Positions 55,250 through 64,000 of a stretch of 64,000 nucleotides of DNA are shown here, one piece after another. The stretch spans positions 23,872,001 through 23,936,000 of the forward strand of contig CP086569.2 of assembly GCA_009914755.4 (NCBI GenBank), given 5' to 3'. The position numbers were made by a program, and so were the translations under genes. Source of the stretch: the human T2T-CHM13v2.0 reference genome, Homo sapiens. The stretch's first letter is position 1, and each line of letters opens with the position of its first letter. The notes beneath the pieces are model-generated. The model did not search any database. It saw only the letters and a program-made list of their open reading frames with translations, and was not told the origin of the DNA.

Positions 55250-55450
55250 CCTGTAGACTTATTACCTGGTCACTCACAGATGAGACTATGGAGTCAGACT
55301 TCCTAGGTTCAAATTCCAACTTTACCACTTACCAGCTGTGTGACTTTGGACTTCTCTGTGCCTCATATTTCTGATTTGTGTACCTACCCTGTAGTATTCT
55401 TGTTAGAATTAAATGAATTAATACGTGGACAGTGCTAGAACCATACCTGA
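55250..55450 (+). mobile_element. MIR
   Basis: …GGTTCAAATTCCAACTTTACCACTTACCAGCTGTGTGACTTTGGACTTCTCTGTGCCTCATATTTCTGATTTGTGTACCTACCCTGTAGTATTCTTGTTAGAATTAAATGA…. Confidence 0.65.
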
Positions 55451-55614
55451 TCACTCAAACATTTAACATTCTTTCATCATTTAAGCCATTTTGAGTTGCA
55501 TCTTCTAGTTGTTGCTTTTGAAAGTATCCTATGTAACACAGCAACTTTCGGTTAATGTTTTCCTGTCAGAAAGTTAGGAAACTAACAACAAAAACACAAA
55601 CCATCCCTTAAACA

Positions 55615-56280
55615 GTGGAAAAAGGACTTGAGTGGATATTTCTCCAAAGAAGAGAGGCCATGGCCCACAAACACATGAAAACATTCTCAGCATCATTCAT
55701 CATTAGGGAAATGCAAATAAAAAGGAGGCACCACTGTACACCCATTAGGATGGTAATGACTTTTTAAAAAGAAAACAGAAAACAGCAAGTATTGGTGAGG
55801 ATGTGGAGAAACTGGAATTTGTATATTGCTGGTGGGAATGTAATATGGTTCAGCCACTGCAGGAAACAGTTGGTGGTTCCTCAGATGACTCAACACAGAA
55901 TTATCACAGGACCCTGCAATTCCACTCCCAGGCGTCTGTACCCAAAAGAATTGAAAACAGGGATGCAAGTACATGCATACACATGTTGATAGCAGCACAG
56001 CAGCCAAAAGGTGGAAGCAAACCACATGTCCATTGATGGATGAATGGATAAATAAATTGTGATATATACATACAGTCGAATAACATTCAGCCATAATAAA
56101 TTAGAAAAAATGATGGGAAATGAGAAAAATATCCCATTTACAAAAGCAACCAAAATCACAGAATACTCAGAATCAAACACAGAAGAAATACAAAACGGCC
56201 TAAGGACACGGAAGAAGACATGAAATGAAGGGAAACATCACACACGTGAATGAGCAGGCTCAGGCCTGACAAGATATCAA
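55615..56280 (+). mobile_element. L1 3' end (ORF2 C-terminus), sense orientation, old subfamily
   Basis: Plus-strand translation …IREMQIKRRHHCTPIRMVMTF…GEDVEKLEFVYCWWECNMVQPLQETVGGSSDDSTQNYHRTLQFHSQASVPKRIENRDASTCIHMLIAAQ… parallels L1 ORF2 …IREMQIKTTMRYHLTPVRMAII…[72 protein letters not shown]…. Confidence 0.75.
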
Positions 56281-56397
56281 TTATTTCCCAGTCACCCTGT
56301 GAATTTAATCAATCTTTAATTTTTTAACTTAGCAAACTGATTTTTAAATTCTACTCAAAGAATACATTTGTAAAAGCAACTGAATTAATTTTTTTAA

Positions 56398-56527
56398 AGG
56401 AGCCAGGTGTGGTGGTATGAGCCTGTAGTCCCAGCTACTCTGGAGCCTGAGCTGAGATAGAAAGGTTGCTTGAGCCCAGAAGTTTAAGACCAGCCTGGAC
56501 AACACAGTGAGACCCCATTTAAAAAAT
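56398..56527 (+). mobile_element. Alu monomer (FLAM/FRAM-like)
   Basis: GCCAGGTGTGGTGGTATGAGCCTGTAGTCCCAGCTACTCTGGAGCCTGAGCTGAGATAGAAAGGTTGCTTGAGCCCAGAAGTTTAAGACCAGCCTGGACAACACAGTGAGACCCCATTTAAAAAATT. Confidence 0.7.
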
Positions 56528-58177
56528 TAAAGGGGATAGCTCTTACTAGATAGTAAGATATATTTTAAAATTACTATAATTTAGGAATTTGATACCAACA
56601 TAGGAATGAGAAAATTGATTACCGAACCAGAAATCAGAATTTGTCATATACTGATTGGTATTTGCAATCGGTAGGAAAAGGAAAGATTAATTAAATAGTC
56701 CGGGAACAACTGCCTTGAAACTAATATACTAAAATAAATTCCACGTGGATTAAACACAAAAATAAAACCGCAATAGAACTCAAAGAAAATATAAGTAAAT
56801 ATTTTCCCATTTATCAGAACCCATCCACATGGTTCAATTCAACTGCAGGGGAGGTTTGAAAACGTGTGTGGTTTTTTGGGAGGCACTCACTGTTATTGTC
56901 ATAGATACATAACCTATTTCTAGGGATGAGGGAAAGGACAAAACAAAGGATTGAAACTGAAGGGCTTTCTGCCTATCCTCATGTTTATCAAAAAAATTCC
57001 AATACCCAAAATACACCATCCCACAATTATAATTGGTTGCATAGGCAAAGCTTCTCTTTCTCGTTTGATGATCCTAGTATATCTCTATAAGGACCACATC
57101 TTGGCTGATATTCCAGCTGCACATTGGAATTACATCTGTTCTCATTCTCATATTAATAATGAAGCTTGATTAATAAATTACAAGGGCTAACTCTGGAGCT
57201 ATTGGTTCAAAATTCCTTGCCAGTGAGGAAAACAAAAGAACAACTGTATTTTAAGAATAGATCCACCATAATAACATGCTGATGGTCAAAACTGATCAGG
57301 CAGTCTGGATGAAGCCTCACACCTTCCTACACTTTGCAAAAGAAGTAGCAGGTAAGGAAGGACTAGCCTGAGCTCCTGTTCAGCCCTGGGGAGGGAGCAG
57401 GTATGATGGAGCTGGCAATGTGGTCATTCCTGCTGTGCTCAGCCAATTTGCTTGAACTTCAAACAGAAGTGTTAACTTCACGGTGTGCAAGTTCATCCAT
57501 CCTCTGCTTTTGTCCTCCTTGGAGGCTTTCAGTGGCACATGTTGGGGGAAGAAAAGGCACTTGTTCTCTTCTCAATTGTACAGAGCAGCTGATCAGTGTC
57601 TGCACGAATTCCTGAACAAAGAACATATTTCAGACCTTCTTATTGCTTGCTTATTTAATTTAACAGATGTCAGTTGTGACACACACATACGACTTTCTCC
57701 CTAGGCAATGGATTATGGCAAATTTCATTTTATGCCTGGCATGAAAGCCATGCAATATTGGGTATTGAAAGGACTTTTTTTTTTTTTTTTTTTTTTTGAG
57801 AGACAGAAAGAGGGGAAAACCTGTTGTGCCTTAAAATCCCTAGTAATGCAAGAAAACCAATTTCCACAAAGGCATTGTCCTGGAAAGCTTTGTTGGTTTA
57901 TGTCACTACCTAATGGGAATGTGTCAGATTACACAAGGGCTGTTGTGTCAGGTCACACATCCTGTCACAATGAACACACTGGTGGTGTGTGGGTGGGAAT
58001 GCAATTTATGGGGATGCCTGCGCTGGATGAGATGTTATCTTCACATTCTGTGTCTACTTCTAGTTATTTAACCTTGGCCAAGTCCCTCAACGCCTCTTAA
58101 CTCAAGGATCCTCACCTAAAGGAGGGTTCTGGATGCCAGCTTTGTGAGATTGTTGACAGAACTAGGAAAAGGTGTAC

Positions 58178-58345
58178 TTAACTGGGCTAGGTGGCTCATG
58201 CCTGCAATCCCAATGCTTTAGGAGGCTGAAGCAGGAGGATCACTTGAGGCCAGGAGTTAGAGACCAGCCTGGGCAAGATGGCAAGATCTCATTTCTTCAA
58301 AATAGAAATTAAAAAATTAGCTGGGTGTGGTGGTGTTAGCATGTA
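58178..58345 (+). mobile_element. Partial Alu (left arm plus linker), truncated
   Basis: GGGCTAGGTGGCTCATGCCTGCAATCCCAATGCTTTAGGAGGCTGAAGCAGGAGGATCACTTGAGGCCAGGAGTTAGAGACCAGCCTGGGCAAGATGGCAAGATCTCATTTCTTCAAAATAGAAATTAAAAAATTAGCTGGGTGTGGTGGTG. Confidence 0.8.
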
Positions 58346-58384
58346 TTATACACCATACCTGGGTAACAGAGAGACTCTTTCAGG

Positions 58385-58600
58385 GAAGAAAAGAAAAAAG
58401 AGAAGAGAGAAGGAGGAAGGAAGGAGAGAAAGGAAGGAAAGAAGGAAGGAAGGAAGGAGGGAACAAAGGAAGGAAGGGAGGGATGGAGGGAGGAAGGAAG
58501 AGAAGGGAAGAAGGAAGGAAAGAAGGAAGGAAGGAAGGAAGGAAGGAAGGAAGGAAGGAAGGAAGGAAGGAAGGAAGGCAGGCATGTATTTTAAACTGAG
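58385..58600. repeat. (GGAA)n-rich compound purine microsatellite, ~215 bp
   Basis: Direct reading: …GGAAGGAAGGAGAGAAAGGAAGGAAAGAAGGAAGGAAGGAAGG… ending in a pure (GGAA) run of ~17 units. Confidence 0.95.
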
Positions 58601-59389
58601 GCATAGCCCAAAGCTCGTAAACTCAGGGTTCTGTCAGTCCATGTAGTAAAATCATGAAGCCCTACATATTTTTTCTTCTTTTGGTATAAGTTTCGGTTTC
58701 AGAGGTATGTTTTTTGACACAAGTAAAACTTCCAGCATGGAAATAAACTGCAGTCAATGGCTGCCCTGGAAGTTGGAGAGGTGATAGGAAACTGCATTGA
58801 ACTGGACTGCATTGAACTGGTTTGAGTGGCTGCATTGAACAGGACAACACTTATCTGGTCTCAGGTGGATGACTGCTGTCAGCCCAGAATGGCCAGGATG
58901 TGTGGCAAGATCTTTCTGTTTACCAAAATCAACCAACCACTTGGGATATCCTGCTTGTAAATGCTGGCCCAATTTTTTAAACACTACAGGGGCTAAAGAA
59001 ATTATCCCTGGGGACCAGGTTCAGCTTGTGGATCTCAGCTGGCGCTCTGCTGCTCATTGCTATAGACTTGCAAGAAGGTGGGTGCTAGGTGTGGAGCCTA
59101 TGCTATCTGGGGTACTCTATAAGTGGGGAAGGGGGGCTCAATGCTCCATGTCTGTGGGGAGGTTAGTGGGAATCTAGAGACAGAATCAGGATTGGGGACC
59201 TGAATTACTATGTTACTGGCCTGACACCAGAGGCTCAGCCTGGTAGAGGCCTACGTAAGGCCTTCCCTGGTCGTCAATCCTCCTTCCTCGCCACCATGTG
59301 TTTCTCTCCTCTTCCTTGGGACAGCTCTCCCTGAAGCCTCCAGGCTTCCCTTATGAGATCCCCCCAAGAGCTAAACAGTTCCTGGAGAC

Positions 59390-59630
59390 CACTGAGAAGA
59401 CTGCCAGACTGAGAGTCAGACTTGTGGATACATACTTACTGTTTGGCCTTGAGCGGGAACCTCCATCCCTCTGAGTCTTTGTTTCCTCATTTGTAAAGTG
59501 AGGAGGAAGAGAAAAGCCTTTCCCAGCTTCTCAGGATGGCACCCGGGTACAGATCATAGAGATGATGCATGAGGCATGCTTTGTGAACTTGAAAGTGCTG
59601 AGCAGTACTTGGTCATTTTAAAACAATGAC
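59390..59630 (+). mobile_element. MIR
   Basis: …CCCTCTGAGTCTTTGTTTCCTCATTTGTAAAGTGAGGAGGAAGAGAAAAGCCTTTCCCAGCTTCTCAGGATGGCACCCGGGTACAGATCATAGAGATGATGCATGAGGCATGCTTTGTGAACTTGAAAGTGCTGAGCAGTACTTGG… resembles the MIR core and 3' region. Confidence 0.65.
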
Positions 59631-59799
59631 ATCTTCTTTGAATAATTCTTAAATCCTGGTACAGAATTAAGAAAGGATCATCTATTCAATTAGTCAACTA
59701 TTTGTTCAAGAAATATGTACTGAGCCTTCCATTATGTGCCAGGTACTTCTAAGCAATAACTAAGACAGACATGGATTGCCTGTCATGAAATGTCAATTC

Positions 59800-59995
59800 T
59801 AGAGTAGGAGGCAGAGAATAGGGAAGAAAGGACGGGAGGAGGGAAGAAAGGAAAGAAGGACGTGAGAAGGAAAGGAAGGGAAGGAGAGAAGGACAGAAGA
59901 AATGAGGGAGGGAGGGAGGAAATGAAGGAAAGAGGGGAGAAGAGAAGGAGGGGAGAAGGGGAGGAGGGAGGGACGGAGTGAAGGAAAGAAGCCAG
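59800..59995. repeat. Purine-rich (GGAA/GGGA/GAAG) low-complexity tract
   Basis: Direct reading: GGAGGCAGAGAATAGGGAAGAAAGGACGGGAGGAGGGAAGAAAGGAAAGAAGGACGTGAGAAGGAAAGGAAGGGAAGG…. Confidence 0.85.
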
Positions 59996-61687
59996 CTTAA
60001 AATTGGCCATGATGAGTATTTATACTACTAACATTGGAAAACTCAGTAAATCAGGGTTCTTCCTGCAGGCTGACTTTTAAATATTTGCCGTAACTACTGA
60101 AGCCAGAGGTTACAGTGAGGAGCCAGAGGAGGATTCTGAGTACAGGAGAAACACAATTTGCTACTCATTTTATCCATTTTTCAAAGGATCCTCTTCACCA
60201 TGTACAGAATAGACTGGAGCCAGGCACAGTAGCAGCGGGAGTTACCAGCCTAGAAGGCTGTGAAATAACCCAGGCATGAGATGCAAGGGGCTTCGGTTGG
60301 ACTAGCAATGGAGTAGCCAGACATGGATGGTTGGGATATGATGGGGGGCAAGGCTGACAGCGTTCATTTGTGGATTGGCTGTGAGGTAAAGATAGAGACA
60401 GCTAGTGAATTGTACAGAAACACTCTGTTCATGAGGAGCTTACAGTTTAGTGGCAGAAACAAAGCAGGCAGTCAGCTAGGACTTTCACAGATATTTATTT
60501 ATACTGGCTTTCAACGACATATAACACAGGGAAACCTAGCCACATTTGGAAATGAAATGTCATTTGAGCTTTGTTATGGTGAGGTATGATACAATCACAC
60601 ACCCATGGAGGTATTTACATATAATTTCCTCCACACCTGATTTGGTTCTGCAAACACCCCAGGCCCTATACATGTCATTCGCTAGTAATGTGCTGCGTCA
60701 AGGAGGCGTCAGAACCGTGTGAGCTTTCACACATTATCTACCCACCCAACTTCTGGGTTTTGCCTATTCTGTCAGGGTCCTCTGTGAGCTGCTGGGGTAA
60801 TGGGCAAAGGGTGGAGATGCAAATGAAAATAGAAATGCTGAGTGAACAGGTTATCTAGTGGAAAGAGGGTGCCAAAGGAAGCAGGGTAGCTAGTGTGAGT
60901 GGACTGTTTGATACAGAGTGTGGGAAAGAGTAAGATCTGGAGATGCCCGGATGAGGGGAGTCTTGAGGAAGGAAATGAATGATGAGTTTCTTCAGGGCTG
61001 ATGATAGGTTATGTCATTCAACCCATTCTGCAATGACCACCATGTGACTTTGCTCCTAATAAATAAGCAAATTATATTTCCCCACCCCTTGATATGGGGT
61101 TTGGCCATATCACTTGCTTTGGCTGAAAGACTGAGATGAATGGGAGTGACAGGGAACTCCTTATGAGATTTCTTCTTTAAAGGCTTTCCACATTTGCCAT
61201 TGTCATCTGCCATTGTTTGCCACAGGAGGAGAATGAGAGACACACGCTGCAGAGCCAGCCTAGCTAAGCCCTGCCTCGGTCAGCCAAAAAGCAGCTGACC
61301 TGCAGACATGTGAGCAATTATAAATGGTCATTGCTTTATCCTGCCGAGTCTTGAGGAGGTGTTTGCACAGCAACAGCTGACTGATGCAGGGACTTACAGT
61401 GTGTCCCACAGTGTAGTTTGGCTTTTCCTCATTTGGTGTAAGTAGGGACTTCAGTTACTTCTAAATGCTTTCCAAGTGGTTGATTACTATTTATTTTGGT
61501 AGTATTGAAAGTGTCTTTGCAAAAATTCTATCAGTGAGAAAAATTATAACAGTAAGCTGAGCTAACTAGTTACACGTAGTTAGACAGGCATGACTGGGGC
61601 AAGAGAGAGATCTTTCCTCTCCTACCAGGAATGTTAGGTGATAGTTTGAGAACTATCACACTGTCTCTGAAAAAAAGATAATTTGGG

Positions 61688-61992
61688 GGTCTAGGCACAG
61701 TGGTTCACACCTATAATCCCAACACTTTGGGAGGCAGAGACCAACAGATAGCTTGACCCCAGGAATTCAAGACCAGCCTAAGCAACAAGGCAAATCCTGT
61801 CTCTACAAAAAATACAGAAATTAGCCAGGTGTGGTGGCACACACCCGTAGTCCTGGCTACTCAGGAGGCTAAGGTGGGAGGATCAATTGAGCCCTGGAGG
61901 TTGAGGTTGCAGTGAACCATGATTGCCCCACTGCACGACACCTGGGGTGACAGAGCAAGACCTTGCCTCAAAAAAAAAAAAAAAAAAAAAAG
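61688..61992 (+). mobile_element. Alu, full length, with ~24 nt poly(A)
   Basis: GGCACAGTGGTTCACACCTATAATCCCAACACTTTGGGAGGCAGAGACC… …GCCAGGTGTGGTGGCACACACCCGTAGTCCTGGCTACTCAGGAGGCTAAGGTGGGAGGATC… …TGACAGAGCAAGACCTTGCCTC then A24. Confidence 0.9.
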
Positions 61993-63291
61993 CTTTTGTT
62001 ACCATAGGTAGTTAGGCAGACATGAGCAGGGAAGGAGAGGGCCCTCTTCACCAGGAATGTCAGGCGACCATAAGGTGATAGTGAGGTGGTTGTTAAACTG
62101 TCTCTAAAATAATAATTGGTTGCAGCCAGCGCCAGGGAAACGCAGTCTCCCAATAGATAGAAAACACCTGAAACTGATGATCAGCAGCTTCCTGATTAGA
62201 TGGCAGGAGTTGGGTGAGTGAACTCAAGCATGCACACTAAGAGGCAAAATGGTGGAATTAACTGGTACCTCACCTTCCTTAGGGAATACTCAACCGGTAA
62301 GGGAAAAATGTTTCAAGGCGGCCTGAATACAACTTTAGTAAACACACTGCACACGTGGCCCCTCCTAAGTGCTGGCAGGCCACCCCAAGGGAAGGATCAG
62401 GGGAGAAGGGCACAATCACCCCAGAAGCATAAAAACCCAAGTCAACGGTCAAACCTTGCACTTGATCTCTCAAGTCACCCGCTTGCCCCTCTTCCAAGCG
62501 TACTTCACTTCCTTTCATTCTTGCTCTAAAACTTCTTAATAAACTTTCACTCCTTCCCTTAAGCTTGCCTCAGTTTCTCCCTCTGCCTTATTCCCTTTGG
62601 TTGAATTCTTTCTTCTGAAGGAGGTAAGAATTGAGGTTGCTGCAGTCTTGTGTGGATTCACCACTGATAACAGTTAAAATGGTAAATTTTATGTTATGTA
62701 TATTTTATCACAATAAAAATTACCAAATAAGAGATAATTGGCTATTTAAACATAAATAATAACCATGTATTATAGGGGTTATGACTTATATAAATTGGAA
62801 GACAAAAACAATAACATAAAGGCTGGTGGGGGGAGAAATAGAAGTATACCCATTTGAGGATATCATACCACATATGAAGAGGTATAGTATCCCTCAAAAT
62901 ATATCGTGATAAGAAAAGATGTATGCTACCACTAAAATAATAAAACAAAGAGTTAAAGCTAATAAGTCTATAAAGGAGATAAAAATAGATCATAAAAATA
63001 CTCAACTAATTCAAATCAATCCAGTTAATCTAAATTAATCCAATTAATCTAAAATAAGACAGAGAGGGAGGAAAAAAGGAACAAAGAACAGGTGGAACAA
63101 ATAAGAAACAAATGCCAATGTGATAGAGTGAAAGTTAGCCATTACAGATAAAAAGTTTAAATAAAAATAGTCCAATTAGCCCCATTAAAAGGCAGACTGT
63201 CAGATTGGATAAAAATGCAAGACAACTTTGTGCTGCCTGCAAGAGATGCACTTTAAAATATAAAGACACAAATGGGTTAAAAGTGAAAAAA

Positions 63292-63400
63292 AATTTTTTT
63301 TTCTTGAGGCCAGGCTGTTCTCAAACTCCTGCGCTCAGGATCCACCTGCCCCAGCCTCCCAAAGTACCGGCATTACAGGCATGAGCCACGGGGCCTGGCC
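63292..63400 (-). mobile_element. Free left Alu monomer (FLAM-like), minus orientation
   Basis: TTTTTTTTTTCTTGAGGCCAGGCTGTTCTCAAACTCCTGCGCTCAGGATCCACCTGCCCCAGCCTCCCAAAGTACCGGCATTACAGGCATGAGCCACGGGGCCTGGCC. Confidence 0.7.
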
Positions 63401-63779
63401 AAATAGTCTAAGTTTTGACAAGGGTATGCCATTGCTGACACTGGCCAAGAGGAAGCTGGAGTGGCTGAGCAGTTTTCTGAGAGCCAAAACCCAACTCTGT
63501 GTGTGAGTTTTCAGCCACTACAAAGGCCTTACCACAAGTTTGTTCCATGGGTCCTCCCCACCGGCCTCGGTGCACAACCAGAACCAGAGCACACAGTCCC
63601 CTAGGGGAGTTGTATCAAAGACTCACGTCCCCCCGCACTTATGTTCTTACACATACCTGCATTCCCAGCCCAGATACGTCCATGCAGAGGTCCCCGGATC
63701 AGGAGGGTCCTGGCAGAGGTCTTTCTTGGCTGCCTCTACTAGACACCAACTTCTTGAGGGTAACCTGAAAAACATGCTT

Positions 63780-64000
63780 TTCTCTCTTCTTCTTCTTCTT
63801 CCTCCTCTTCTTCTTCTTCTGCTTCTTCTTCTTCTTCCTCTTCTCCTTCTTCTTCTTCCTCTTCCGCTTCCTTCTCTTCTTCTTCCCCTTCTTCCTCTTC
63901 TTCTTCTTCTTTTTTCTTTTCTTCTCATTCTCCTCCTCCTCCTCCTCCCCCTCCCTCCTCCTCCTCCTCTTCTTCTTCTTTTTTTTTTTTTTTTTTTTTT
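63780..64000. repeat. (CTT)n/(CCT)n pyrimidine microsatellite (~180 bp) running into poly(T) at the window edge
   Basis: Direct reading: TCTTCTTCTTCTTCCTCCTCTTCTTCTTCTTCTGCTTC… …CTCCTCCTCCTCCTCCCCCTCCCTCCTCC… then T24 at 63977-64000. Confidence 0.95.

Overview
No prokaryotic system is present: this window is primate (human-like) nuclear DNA and almost entirely repeats. Evidence: more than a dozen Alu/FLAM elements including a near-consensus AluY, L1 fragments with ORF2-like translations, MIRs, an ERV9/HERV9 provirus with LTR12-type LTRs, and beta-satellite. I see no intact cellular protein-coding gene, no RNA gene, no CRISPR array and no defence island. Almost every ORF in the six-frame track is a translation artefact of satellite, microsatellite, GC-rich LTR or retroelement sequence. 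Layout: (i) 1-9910 is a beta-satellite (Sau3A-type, ~68-76 bp monomer) array with multi-kb higher-order homologies, running off the left edge. (ii) 9911-35261 is a ~25 kb interspersed-repeat cassette: rearranged L1 pieces, Alus, a decayed ZNF91-subfamily-like C2H2 zinc-finger pseudogene at 13850-14830, long Alu/L1-tail-derived GAAG/GGAA/TTCC microsatellites, and an L1 twin-priming inversion. (iii) 35262-36962 is a second beta-satellite block that copies the first ~1.6 kb of block (i). (iv) 41012-50050 is a minus-strand ERV9 provirus with recognisable gag/PR/RT/RNase H remnants but lacking IN/env. Its LTRs carry different numbers of CCAAT-box (NF-Y-type) U3 tandem repeats, and a tRNA-Arg-like PBS is present. 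(v) 50.5-64 kb is older, MIR-rich unique sequence with Alus, a purine-rich microsatellite and a terminal (CTT)n tract. Beta-satellite blocks flanking a ZNF-bearing cassette recall the published organisation of the human 19p12 KRAB-ZNF cluster, so I suggest that as the likely locus, as an inference only. All coordinates are approximate (+/- ~20 bp) because they were set by eye.
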